A stretch of 64,000 nt of DNA from Octopus sinensis (GCF_006345805.1 NC_043009.1:35836001-35900000), one strand, 5' to 3'. Counted from the first letter of the stretch, positions 24,222-37,477 are shown. Numbers and translations: made by a program. The notes: a model not told the origin generated them from the letters alone.

Positions 24222-25279
24222 ACGCGCGAATGCGTGTGTGCGTGCCTTATACGTGTATATGTACGCACGTGTATGTGTATATGCATGTATTTATGGGTAT
24301 GCATGTGTGCGCATATATATATATGTGTGTGTATGTGTGCGCATATATATATGTATTTTTGTATATGAATGCGTATGCATGCGTATGTATGTATATGTAT
24401 GTGCGTGTATATGTATGTGTGTGTATGTGTATGTATATGCATGCATGCGTACGGGTTTAAATACACAAGTACGCAAGCCTCTATAATAATGCACACACAC
24501 ACACATATATACATGTGTGTGTATCCATACACACTTCTTTCTTTCTCTCTATCTGATTCTCCCACTCACACTATCACATTAGCCAGTAGAATAAACACCT
24601 AAGTCTATTTATAGTAACTTCAGTAGTCTTAATATTCTTCCCTTCCAGTTTGTGGAAAAATCCGCTTCTATGCCTTTTTCTGTACCCTTCCCTTAATGCC
24701 ATTCGAACACGTCACCCCCACCGCACACATATTCATTACTTACATTCTGATCTCTTCCTACCCTTTTCTTGACCACTAACTAACATTCCTTTTTTCACTT
24801 CTTTGCACCTTTTTTCATTTTCTCTTCTTGTTTTCATTTTCTCTTCCTCTTTCTTTCCTTCTTCTTTTCTCATCTTTTCCTTTGACCTCTCTCTTCATTT
24901 TAACTTACACATCTCTTCTCCCCTCTCTATCCACTTAATACTACCAATACATTTTCAAATGTTCATTCAAACCGCAAGACACCTTTGAATGAACAGCACA
25001 TGGAATTTACATTTCCACACTTTGCAAAATAAGAACTCCTATTGGAATTTACATACCACGGATAGAAAGCATTTCTACTACTTCTACACTCCACTTTCCA
25101 CACAGGTTTTGTCTACAGCTGTGACAAAAAGCTTTCAAAATGTGGCATTTTGTAAGTTCGAACAAGAATCTATATGACTACGACGGAAACTTCTAAACCA
25201 CACGACTGTGAATAAATTTAGGGGTGTTCCTCAGAGACAAAAAAAAATCCTTATCGAAACACACACACACATTTATATA

Positions 25280-25324
<45 letters not shown>

Positions 25325-26319
25325 CATATACATATATATGATGAGTTACTAAAAACCGAGTAACTTTGGAAATGTGTTTAACAGGAAAGAATGCGTTATA
25401 CATATATTCCTTCCCGTTAAACTTTGATCAAATTCCTCTCAGGTCTTTCCTGTTTTCAATCATTTTGGTTGATTACCCATGTCGTACATAATACTTCTTT
25501 GAGAAGATATATCAGCATTCTCAGGTGCAAGTTGAATAAATAACAATGATTCCTTGAATTTTATTCTTTATATTTTACCTCAATAAAGAGACAAATTCAG
25601 GACTACATTAATATGGAGAAATAGCTCTATAAAGTAGCTGAAATTTAATCGCAGAAGACTCTGAGATTGTTTCTGTAATTAGTTTCCCTTTCTTTCATAC
25701 TTCTCTCTCCTTTTCACTTGCTCTCACTCTTTCACTTTTCATTTTCTCTCTCTCACTTTCTGCCTTTCTCTCTCTCTTTCTCTTTTTCACTCATTCTCTC
25801 TCTCTCTCTTTTCCTCTCTCTCTCTCTCTCTTTTCCTCTCTCTCTCTCTCTCTCTCTGTCCTCAATTTCTGTCTCTCTTTCTTACACAGATAGATACACA
25901 AGCATATTTACTTCACAGAAAGTTTTATATAATATTGAGTGACAGACAAATGATAGCCTGTGACTATTACAGGAAAATGAATGATGGGAAGAGAAACTTC
26001 ATAAATTGAATTTCAAAAATAATTACTATTATTTATTTGCAATCTATTATAGCAATGATATATTCCATGAAGAAATTTCATATAACAAGAGGCTCGTGTC
26101 AAGACTAGGCCACGATCTGGATCCGATTCACGTTTTACATGTTTGCTTATCTAAGGCAACACATATCCTGCAGAAAAACATGTCATTGCATTCATTTTCC
26201 TCTTCCACTAAAATATTCGGGAGTTATTATTGTTATCCATATTATTGTTACTGTTGTTGTTATTGCTGTTGCTGTTGCTATTGTTGTTACTTATACTTTT
26301 GTTGTTATTTTTCAGTGCA

Positions 26320-26600
26320 TAAGCCTGACACAGCATATCTATAACCAAATACATAAGCATAAGAGGAAAAGGATCCTATCAACTTTAAACGGAGTCTGGA
26401 TAGATTCCTTCAAAGAATACCAGATAAGCCACCCATAACTGGATACAACTCACCCAACAAGAACTTACTACTGGAACAAAGCTTGACTTAAACAAAACTT
26501 GACTTAAACAGGATTTGAATAATCCTATCAGGTGGTGCTATTAAGTTAGACATGGCCTGGACCAATCTTTGGTCGAAACATATCTAAGTTATCTAAGTTA
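26320..26600 (+). mobile_element. 3' end of a CR1/L2-group LINE
   Basis: KDPINFKRSLDRFLQRIPDKPPITGYNSPNKNLLLE* (cf. FKxxLDxFLxxIPDxP), followed by a stem-loop gacc-aatcttt-ggtc and a short tandem tail atctaagtt-atctaagtt. Confidence 0.7.
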
Positions 26601-27208
26601 CTAACCATCCTTTCTTTTATTGGGTAACTAAATATTGTAATAAAATATCTTCTTTCCTTATCTAAGAGGATGGCATGAGATTTGAAGGCGATTAGGTCAA
26701 GCGATCACACAGTTGTTCTCAGTGTTGTCTATTTTATTTTGTTTTTAGAAATGAGCCTCTGTTGACGCAATCAAATTAACATTTTTTAATAAAATGTCTA
26801 CATAAACTAATACTTTCCACCAATCTTTAATTCATCAATTTTGAATTAAGATATGGAGACGATGCTATGATATTAGAGGATAAGAATATTGTTGAGTTGA
26901 GAAACTTCAGTACCTCTTGGGTTCTTCTAGAGTGAATCTGTAGATTTAAAAAACTAATTGGATATTATCGAGTAAACTACAGCGAACAAAAGTGTTATTA
27001 GCCATTGAAGAACTCATATACTGAAATACTAATCTACTGCATTAACTATTATATTGAATACATACAATTTTTTTATATTACTCGGTCTTTTTATTTCTGA
27101 AGTGTGCAGTTGGCTCTAAGGTGACGTGTATTCTTAAAAAATCAGCTCGTAAATATAATTCATTGTTTGCGTGTGTGTTTGTGTGCATGTGCGTGTGTGC
27201 GTGCATGC

Positions 27209-27251
<43 letters not shown>

Positions 27252-28119
27252 TAAGGGTTAAAAATAATTCTACTGCGATATAGAATACATAATCTCAGAT
27301 CAAGTTTCTTGCAAACAACACATTAGAGATTCCAGTTTTAAAAGTACTTTACGATATTTTATAGCAATAAAACATTTACTTCTGTGCTTTTCCTCTCTTC
27401 TGCTACTCCACCATATTTAGAAATACCATTGTGATTTCTTAAATTAACACGAGGTAATATATTTGTAATGTGCATAGCTGATTAAAACGATCCCTATAAA
27501 TAATAAGCTGTTTTCGCTTTGATCCCAGAGGCATTGTAACCAAAGTTATCTCCTGCCACGTGATCAGACTAACGGATGTACACATACAAAATTAAACTCC
27601 GTAACCTATTTAAAATTTCTTTCCTGTTATCAATACTATCTTCACATATGCTATATTTAATAAAATATTGAACGAGACTTTCGTTAACTGCGTTCTGAGA
27701 GAGATAAGTGTAATATTAACCAAGTGCCTATGACCCAAGGTATTCCACCTGATCTTTCGTTTATATATGTGTATATCTAGTACTATAGTGCCTAATTATG
27801 ACATTAGGGTCAGATTTTTAGGAGATTTTGCTGCTGCTTCTAACAAGACTAGAAGTCGTTTAGAGAATCCTTCATTGATTTGTTCTATAGCGAAATGGTT
27901 GCGATGCTTCATGTTTAATCTCAAGTGCTACAAGTTCAGGTCCCATTATAAATATTTCCTCACGGATCTATTTTTAGTGCTAGAGTAGACCACATGGTGT
28001 CACTCTCTTATATTTATGTATAAAATGTGTCGTAATCCGGGTTTTTTATGCACTAAGCCACTTGGTGGTAAATGGATGTGCAATTAAATTAGTACCCAAT
28101 TTTCTCACCTTTATCGGTT

Positions 28120-28162
<43 letters not shown>

Positions 28163-28180
28163 GCGTGTGAGTATAAATGA

Positions 28181-28243
<63 letters not shown>

Positions 28244-28273
28244 CATGTATATGGATATATATGTATATGGATA

Positions 28274-28359
<86 letters not shown>

Positions 28360-28491
28360 TATATATACATGTATATATATATATACATGTGTATATATAT
28401 ATACATATACATATATATGTATATAATATTAGGTATGTTACAGAAAGTATGGGTTATTTACGGAGTGCTTATAGAGAGCCGATGCGAAATA

Positions 28492-29237
28492 ATACAAAGT
28501 AGAGAAAAAGGAAAACGCAAATCCTAGGCAGTCAACCAAATTTTCGAATGCATAACTAAAGATATTCAATCAATGTAATTCAATCATATCTATTTATACA
28601 CATCAACATAAATTATGCATGTATAGGTGTTAAGATTCTCCAAGGGTTTACAGAATAAAACCAAACATGCATAAAATATAGGGAAGATATAAAAGCATAT
28701 AAAAGTACATATAAAATAACATATAAATAAGGATTACATGTAAAAACTTATGCGTGGTAAATATAGGGGGCACAAAAGCGATAGAGAGGGTGGTAAATAT
28801 AGGAATAAAAGTGTCAATCTTCAAATTGGCAGACCGCCTAAATCGTCTAAAATTTCTAATACATCTAAAATATGAGATAAAAATGGCACAAGATATCAAA
28901 GTCAAGAACTCTTGTTAACCTTGATATATTGTGTCACTTTTATCTCATATCTTAGACATTTATCACGCATAACGTTACACAGGTAATCTTTATTTATATG
29001 TTATTTTATATGTACTTTTATATATTTATATATGCTTTTATATCTCTCCTATATTTTTATGTATGTTTAGTTTTATTTTTTATACCCTTGGAGAATCTTT
29101 ACGTCTATACATGCAAGATTTATGTCGATGTGTATAAATATATATAATACAATTACATTGATTCAATATCTTCATTCATGCATTCGAAAATTTGGTTAAC
29201 TACCTAGGATTTTCATTTTCATTTTCCTCTACTTTGT

Positions 29238-29239
<2 letters not shown>
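28492..29239. repeat. Diverged palindrome centred at 28908-28909 with an unpaired segment of about 95 nt in the left arm
   Basis: e.g. ccaaattttcgaatgcat / atgcattcgaaaatttgg and gattctccaaggg / cccttggagaatc. Centre is caaga-ac-tcttg. Confidence 0.9.
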
Positions 29240-29283
<44 letters not shown>

Positions 29284-29400
29284 ATATATGCATGCATGCA
29301 AAAATATACGTAATTAATTTGTGTAAAAATCAATAAGAAGGTTATTCCATCTAATGAGAGTCTAATATTATTATAAATGCTTCATACTACATGTATTATA

Positions 29401-29445
29401 AGCGCTACCAATAGTTTCACGTACATAAGTACTTCATTAGGCGCT
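29401..29445 (-). ncRNA. Minimal type I hammerhead (G5A lesion)
   Basis: AGCGC-CUAAUGA-AGUAC-UUAU-GUACGU-GAAAC-UAUUG-GU-A-GCGCU. Stem I is 5 bp perfect. Confidence 0.75.
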
Positions 29446-29854
29446 GATTGAACTATGCAACCAGGTGGTTTACGTTTAAATAGAGGTCAGGTGTGAAGCG
29501 ATACGAAAGCAAAACATACCTAATGGAAGATTCCACCAAAATTAGTGAATGAATAATGAAAAACCCCAAAAAAAAGAAAAAAATCAAATAAATAATGACA
29601 AAAATTATATATGTAGAAATATTAAAAGGTATATTAAAATATATTAAAACTTAATTTTAAAAAACTATAAATACGCGAATGAACATGAAAAGTACGATGA
29701 AAATACGAAATATAAATATATGAAATATAAAAGAAAACTAAAATTATATTATATATACAAAGACCAAAAAGTTCAAAAACCAAACAAACCCATTCATATT
29801 GAAAGCCACACACAGTACATACACTTTACAAATTACATTAAATATGCATTGTAA

Positions 29855-29903
<49 letters not shown>

Positions 29904-29913
29904 TATGTATATA

Positions 29914-29945
<32 letters not shown>

Positions 29946-29991
29946 ATATATATATATATTATATATATATATATATATATACATATATATA

Positions 29992-30210
29992 TGATTGTGT
30001 GCCTGTATTTGTCCCCCTACCATTGCTTGACAGCCGATGGCGGATGTTGTGTGTTAACGTCCCCGTATCTTAGTGGTTCTGCAAAAGGGACCGATAGAAT
30101 AAGCACTAGGCTTACAAAGACTAAGTCCTTAGGTCGATTTGTTCGGCTAAAACGCAATGCTCCAGCATGGTCGCAGTCAAATGACTGAAACAAATAAAAT
30201 AATAAAAGAA
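29992..30210 (+). mobile_element. SINE 3' body/tail (OR-like)
   Basis: cattgcttgacagccgatg...gtccccgtatcttagtggttctgcaaaagggaccgatagaataag...gctccagcatggtcgcagtcaaatgactgaaacaaataaaa. Confidence 0.85.
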
Positions 30211-30646
30211 AGAATATATACATATTTATAATGTATATTTAATATAATTTGTATAGTATATGTACTGTGTGTGGCTTTGTATATGGATGAGTTTTTATGA
30301 ACTCTTTGGTCTTTGTATATATAATATAATTTTAGTTTGTCTCTCGTATTTTATATATTCATATTTATATTTTGTATATTCTTCGTACTTTTCATATTCA
30401 TTCACGCATTAAATTTTTTTTTAAATTATATATTAATATATTTTAATATATTTTTAATATAACTTTCAATATTTCTATATGTAATTTTTAGTTATTATTT
30501 ATTTATTTAATTTTTTCTCTTTTTCTTTTTTTTTATTATTCATTTACTCATGTTGGTGGAATCTTCCATCAGGTATGTTTTGCTTTCGTATCGCTTCACA
30601 CCTGTCCTCTATTTAAACGTAAACCACTTGGTTGCGTATTTCAGTC

Positions 30647-30692
30647 AGCCTCTGATGAACGTACCTATGTACGTGAAACTATTAGTTGAGCA
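30647..30692 (+). ncRNA. Minimal type I hammerhead (intact core, weakened stem I)
   Basis: AGCCU-CUGAUGA-ACGUAC-CUAU-GUACGU-GAAAC-UAUUA-GU-U-GAGC. Stem II is 6 bp perfect. Confidence 0.75.
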
Positions 30693-30852
30693 TCTAAATC
30701 ATGTAGTATGAAGCATTTATAGTAATATAGTCTCTCGAGATGTGCCGAAGATTTCCAATTTTGGATATATTTGGGGTACTTAAGTCTCCTCAGGACTTAG
30801 TGCTTGCTTTTTCCATGGGTATGAGTAAGTATTTCATTTATATCTTACGTAT

Positions 30853-30913
30853 TTATCGCTGAAGAGGGGAAAATTCTTATGAATTAAGCCCGAAATTGGG
30901 ACCAATACGGTAA
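30853..30913 (+). ncRNA. Type I hammerhead ribozyme with fully canonical core
   Basis: UUAUCG-CUGAAGA-GGG[gaa-aauuc-uuau-gaauu-aag]CCC-GAA-AUUG-GGAC-CAAU-A-CGGUAA. Stem I 6 bp (one G.U), stem III 4 bp, predicted cleavage after AUA at 30907. Confidence 0.8.
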
Positions 30914-32199
30914 TAACGGATTTTTTAGAAATTTCTATCGGCTTGTTTCGAGACGCATAAATTATAATGGTTATTGATAATTTTGCCTTTTTTTCGGCAT
31001 ATTTGGCATTAGAATTTTTCTTTGGCCTTTATTTTATAAGTTATTTATAAATTTAACCTTTAAAGGTATTTTTTGATATGCTGGCCATTGATAACATTTT
31101 TTTTTTCGAAAAAATTTTATCCTACATTAGTTATATATATATATATGTATATATATATATTAGAGGAAAAATTCAACAAAAGCCAAAGCAGGATGAGTAT
31201 CTCAAATCATTTAGAATATATAATTAGAGTAACGTATTAATTAATTGATTATTGGTTGCCTTACAGCTGTATATAGCATATCCCAAGTGATAGGTTAGCA
31301 TTTCCATACTCTGAGTATACCGTTATCAGAGACAATGTGACTATGCATGAAAGTTCTAGAAGGGAATTCACAGTATATAAAGGAATAAAGTAGATAGAAG
31401 AATAAAGAGTAAAACAGTAGATAGAAGAATATATTCTTCTATAGGTCCAAATGCAAGCAAAATGAACACACATAACACTTGCCTATATCCATTCACGCTC
31501 GGTAAATATATATCCGTTTTTCTTTTCTTTCATCTATCAGCTTAAGTATCTCAGAAGCTAGTTTTCTGCAATAATCTTTTTTATTTAAAAAAAAATTTTA
31601 ATCTATAATCTTTTCAATTTTTAATTTTTAATTCTTTTTTTTATCTTTTATCCATTTAATTGTAATTCTAGTCCTATATACACTCCCTTATGTTAGGTGT
31701 CTATTTCTAGCTATGTTTAACTATCATTTCTGTCTACTGAACTAAATATTCTTTCTGACCACACCGAACCTAGAATTTATCTATTTAATCAATAGCCATA
31801 AATGCCTTCCTCCTCCACTTTACGAAAACTTTGACGCCTGACCTGTCACCCCGAACCGACCCAAACGAAAAATACTGGTATCATATCTTTATCTTTATTT
31901 TTGATTTTCGATATTTTATTTTATTTTACTTTCGCTTTCATTCATTCTTTCCCGCACCTGTCCAGTTCCTTTCTTTTCTCTCTTTCTCCTTTCTCTTCTA
32001 TTCACTCTCTCACAGCTCATATCTGTCCATCATGATATCTATCATTCTCACTCTATGTACCCACGTTGACTCTTTTCATACTAGCTAACCACTTTATTTA
32101 TTCTTTCAACATGAATGCAACATTCAAAATACTGCCAAAATAGTGCCTGGATTTACCTGGAATTATGCTTAAGGACCTATACATTCACAGACGTACCGA

Positions 32200-32800
32200 T
32201 CAACCATAGCCTCTGGAAGAAGTTGAGCTTCAGTCGAGTTCCAGATTATCTTTGCAACTTCGGTTGGTTATACTCGAGATTACTCCAATCTGGCCAGCCC
32301 CAAGGAAAAACTAAGGTAATGCACTAGATTACTTGGAAGAAAGCAACGAATGTATACGAAAACAAGGGCGGAAAAAAACGGAGAAATGGTAAACAAATAC
32401 AAATGCAAATAAAGGATATTAACAACAGGTGTCTTTCGACTAAGGACGAATTAAATTATGCTGGCGTGTGTGGAAGTGAAGTTTTACGGCAGGGACATAA
32501 GAGATAACAAGCATAGGGGGAATATAGAAGTTGTACGGATGGTAGTCGAACCAAGAAAGAGAGGTCAGGCTTGGACGAACACCGGCCACGTGAAGAGAGA
32601 AGAGAAAGAGGTAGAGGCAGAGGGATAGAAGAATTAGGGAGGGCCGAGAAAAAAGGGGGAAGGAGGGAAGTGAAAGAGGAGGGAAGGTTAGAATGAAGAG
32701 AAAGCCAAGAAATGTGAGAGAGGGGGAACGAAAGAAAGAAGAATGGAAAGAACGAAGTGTGAAGTACTTTACAGAAAGAAGGAAGGAATGGAAGAATAAT
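32200..32800 (-). mobile_element. Diverged relative of the 45.4-46.2 kb element
   Basis: Reverse complement gtatacattcgttgctttcttccaag...ttccttggggctggccagattggagtaatctcgag...ccgaagttgcaaagataatctgg aligns to 46005-46135. Both carry gtcgaaagac. Confidence 0.75.
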
Positions 32801-32847
32801 AGAGTTGTACAAAATTTATATATATATATAATATATATATATATATA

Positions 32848-32910
<63 letters not shown>

Positions 32911-33266
32911 TACGTTTAAATATTTGTTGTGCAAGATTTTTTATGTGAAGTCGTGTGTTGAAACAGATATTGTTATATTTCGGAATGGTCATATTGCCAG
33001 TTTAGCCAATAAAAACACACGCACTATATATTTGGTGTTATTTTGCTTCAGTGATATTTATTTTTTACATAATCTTATCTTATTTCGGCCAAGTTCTTTC
33101 GTCACACTCTGTGACGCATCAGTGGTCCTTTGTTTTCTTCTCACTTACTTGTGTCTCTCCTTACTAACCGTCAGCCATTTGTATTTCTATTGTATGTCTT
33201 CATTTGCGCATGCTTATATCTCTATGTGCGTCTATGTTTATTTAGTGTGTGTGTGGGGGGGATGCC
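32911..33266 (+). mobile_element. Third, 3'-truncated copy of the 18.3-19.3 kb pLTR-like repeat
   Basis: tacgtttaaatatttgttgtgcaag...cggaatggtcatattgccagtttagcc...gtgtgggggggatgcc. Confidence 0.95.
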
Positions 33267-35204
33267 TCTACATGTTATGAGGAAATACAGCCAGGTAGGG
33301 CTACTTCTGAAGGTATGCCATTTTGGAATGGTAAATGAGTCTAAATAAATTTGCTCGTCATTTGGCAGGTTACGTTTCCCACTTCATTGCTTCCGCTGAC
33401 AGAATGGCATTATCTCTTCCTTTCACTTTCCCAGTATAATGTATAGAGACACTGTGTTGTCACCAACATGTTACAACTTCACTAACTTCATTAATATATG
33501 ACTAAACCTGGATTTCATTTAATTTTTTACACAATTTACAATCAATTATATAATAATTCCAAACATCGTCTCTAAAGATACCTTTTTTTAATACAATATC
33601 TATGTGTACATTTTCCTACATGTTTCTCGATGCAAATATAACTTCCTTTCGCGCACACACACACGCGCGCGCACACATAGATACACATACACATACCAGG
33701 TAAAACTTCTGTACGAATTATGTTATTTCTTGCTGTGTGCTCGCGCAAAATTACAGCACAAATCCTATTGAAATTCCCTTTTTTAATTCTGTAATTCATG
33801 TTTGTGATGAGCGTATTTAAATATCTGATCTTCGGTATAAAATTAAAGGAAGATCTCCCAGAAATCCTGTCCTTAACTTTCTGTTTCTAGCATGTCCAAA
33901 GTGACATTTTCCTCACCCCCATCTTATTTTTCCCTAAATTTCTTCTGATTCCTATGTTTTCGATAGAAGATATTGGGATTTCGCCTAAAAGACACATTCT
34001 CAAGTTTTCAATTTTTTTCCCTCCGCACCCCAATTCTTTTATTTGTTGCTTTTTTTCCCAAATTTTTTGTTGGTAAAGCACGGAGAAAATATGAGAGATC
34101 TTTAAGAAATTATTTATATATATATTAAAAAATTATAGAGACTTAGTAATTTTAATATTTCTATTATATATATATAGTAATGTGTATATGCCAAAAGAAT
34201 GTGGCAGTCCTATAAAGGACAAAGTTTTAGCCTCGAGAAAACATCTTTTCCAGCATTAGCAAGGAAGGACATCGCACCCATCTCTAGCCTTACGTGATAT
34301 TCACAGACCTAGTTTCCTGGATGTGTTCCGTCCTCAGTGTGAGATAACCACAAGCTAGTGACGAAAGCTCTCTCCACTTGAAAATACTGTATATTTTTAC
34401 GCGACACACATCACTGATCTCGTATAGATAAAATCAACTTGTTTTATAGGACTTTCACATTCTCTTGGCATATGAACATTACTATCCAGTACTGTTAATG
34501 TATATATCTCGCTCAGAGATTTAAAACAAGTTGTTATATATACGTAAGTGTGTGTAATATATAAAATAAAATGTATGTGTTTTCGCTTTTCATGCGAAAA
34601 CGGCTTCAGCAATTGCTTCTATAGTTGCGATGCATGAATGATTTTACCTCGAACACATGTTAGGCTCTTCATTTGATTTTTTAAAATTAAAGATAAATAA
34701 TATTGCTTTCTGTATATGATTCACTTCTTTAAAAAGTTTCCTTAATGTCAGCTTTCGGTAACGACGCAGCAACGGCGAAATTTTCTTTCATTTCAAGTTT
34801 TAATTCGCTATTTGCAAACAACTAGAATAAATTGTTGAAAGAAGTATTTAAATATTCCGTACAAGATAATTTTTAACAAGCTTTTACTTATACGATCTTT
34901 TCATTTCATGTGTATGTTATTCATTATTTGCAATGATCTCTCTCCCCCTCTTTCTCACGCACACACAAGTCAGTCACACACGCACACGCGTGTTTTTGTA
35001 TGTACGTTTGTATACATTACTGTATTGTGTTTGTGTGTGTGAGAGAGAGACAGACAGAGACAGACAGAGAGAGTGATGTCTAAGTGGCACTCACTCACTC
35101 TCTCCCTCTCTCTCTCACACACACGCACACATACATACAAAAAGATGTATGCATATTTATTTCTGTATGTACGTATATATGACAACACATCCCTTCTCTC
35201 TCTC

Positions 35205-35242
<38 letters not shown>

Positions 35243-35313
35243 GCACACACACACACACGTACAATTCATCTGATGTTTAATACTGTATGTATGTGTGAGT
35301 GTGTATGTTTGTT

Positions 35314-35379
<66 letters not shown>

Positions 35380-35479
35380 TGCGTGCGTGGGGCGTTCCAC
35401 AATCGCCATTTATTTCTATGACTCTTGTGAAGATATTCACGTAACTGATTTTTTCATTTAATCCCCATTTTAATGTTCG

Positions 35480-36420
35480 AAAGTGTTTTCGAGAACAATG
35501 TTCTCACTTTCTACAAGAGGAGTCGGGGTGGATGTAGATGATCAGTATTCTACAGTGAAACAAAGAGGAGTACAGGCAACTAGAGTCAATATTGGATTCT
35601 ACAACACTGTTAACTCTGTTAAGTATGTTTGCAAATATATAAAGAAATATTTAAATGCTGCAACATACACACTTATTCAGAATGACTGTCAGCAGATAAA
35701 TAAAAACGTCGGGGATGCGCAGTATCTTGGTGCTTCTTGGTGAATCTTCAATTTTCCCTCATGTGAGGCACCCAGCCATCATTCATCTGAGGGTCCATCT
35801 AGGGAATGGGCATACGGTTATCTTTACAAAACAAACAGCTTTGCAACAAGCACTTTCTCCAAAAGAAACTGCCCTTACTACCTTTTTAAAGTTGTGTCAA
35901 GTAGAAGATTCAAGAAAACTACCCACAATTACCCAAGTATTACAACAGGAGAAACAATAAATGACACAAGAGGAAACGGGCTGATACTCTTGCAAGAGCT
36001 TACAGTGCCCCCCTCCCCAAGCTAAATAGAATGCTACTATTTAGGACTTCTTTTGCATGAAGAATGTGGTTCCAAATCATTCAAAGCTTCGAGGAAGTAA
36101 ATGGTCATGTGTGTGCAAATCATGGGGAAGCATGCTGTCAACAATGTTTTGTTTAGAAAATGATGAGCATTGGAACCTTGCATCGACTGAAGCATCAATG
36201 TCAGATTCTCCATGGGAACTCCGTAACTTTTTTGCAATTATGCTGAATATATGTCAATTTGACAGTCCCCTACAGCTTTGGATGGAACATTGTGAGGACA
36301 TGGCTGAACCCAGATATCAATATTCAGTTCTCTGAAACAACTTTTAACCAAGCACAGATTGAAATTGAGGATCGATCAAGTTTTGGCCATCGGGGCAAAA
36401 ATTTACAAGCGTCTGGTTCT
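35480..36420 (+). pseudogene. Helitron Rep/helicase (RepHel) fragment
   Basis: VNIGFYNTVNSVKYVCKYIKK (cf. HINVExCxSVKSIKYICKYV); QYLGASW*IF; HPAIIHLRVHLGNGHTVIF; TALTTFLKLCQ; LENDEHW...EASMSDSPWELRNFFAIMLNICQFDSPLQLWMEHCEDMAE. Confidence 0.9.
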
Positions 36421-36529
36421 GGACAGACAAAACAAACCGCCGGGTGCCTCTGCTAGTATATATATATATATATATTTAAACCCCTGATCATTGGAGCTCT
36501 ACATATAGACACATGCATTCACAATTTTT

Positions 36530-37450
36530 GGGGTACTTCCACAAAGAATATCCCAATTCCACCCAGGGATTTTCACATGGAGCTAATACTACAGAAGACA
36601 AACGCATTTATTGTTTGAATAGGTGGGGGCTCTCTTCTACGACATCAAATCTAATACTTCTAACCCTCCCAGGGAGCAAGATTATTTTAAACTAAGCACT
36701 TACAAGAATCCACCTCTTGACGCTTCACTGGCTAACTTCGAAAAGGATCTCCTTCAAATGATAAAAAATATCAAGTTCTCTAATAATACTGACTCATTGC
36801 AGAACAACCACTCCAGGATTATCTCTATGATAAATACTTCTCCACTTCTACACATTTTTTTGGATAAAACTGGGAAATGAAATTCTTCCTAGTTGATACC
36901 TGTACAAACCTCACTTCTAAGGAACGAAGCAGAAATTGTTAACCCATAGAAATGCTCTCAAGTACATTACAATCTCCATTGAAAGCTCATGACAGACCTC
37001 GAATTACTAGATAGAACTGAACTATGCACATGTAACGACTACTACCTACACTTCAAACTAAAGGATCGTAAATCCAACTACTCCATCAAATCGCCTATTG
37101 CATTAATTCACCCCACAAAATCAGATTTAGGTAGCATTAGCAAATACATTATCGATCGAGTTACACGTTTAGTTAGGAATTAACTTAAGCTACCAATTTT
37201 AATTGTACTTATAACGTCATCTCTTTGGTCCACTCCATTTCGAATAAGTTTCGTACACACTATCTTCAATTTGATATTTCCAACTACTACGGCTCCATAT
37301 CGTCAATTTTATTAAATAAGACATCCACAAGAGAAGATATCGATATCGTTCCGGCGGCTAGGAAAAACAGTGTTACATTTCAGTTATAATTACTGGGTCG
37401 GCAATTCGTCTGTGGATCTATAATTGCATGTCTTGCGCCAAAATTTGAAA
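36530..37450 (+). pseudogene. PLE ORF N-terminus and start of RT (frameshifted)
   Basis: STKNIPIPP..LILQKTNAFI; NFEKDLLQMIKNIKF...HIFLDKT; FKLKDRKSN...ALIHPTKSDLGSISKYIIDRV; YLQFDISNYYGSIS..LLNK...DIDIVPAARK. Confidence 0.85.
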
Positions 37451-37477
37451 TCTATATATGTATATACATATATACAC

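Larger units (their letters stand above)
29356..30736. repeat. Diverged palindrome (arms about 29356-29855 and 30210-30736) around a (TA)n tract plus SINE tail; each arm carries a hammerhead
   Basis: ggtggaatcttccat(t/c)aggtatgttttgctttcgtatcgcttcacacctg is shared in inverted orientation. Confidence 0.92.

Noticed and set aside
26563-26582. gacc-aatcttt-ggtc-gaaac as a hammerhead stem II
   Set aside because: There is no CUGANGA upstream and no stem I/III. It fits a LINE 3' stem-loop.
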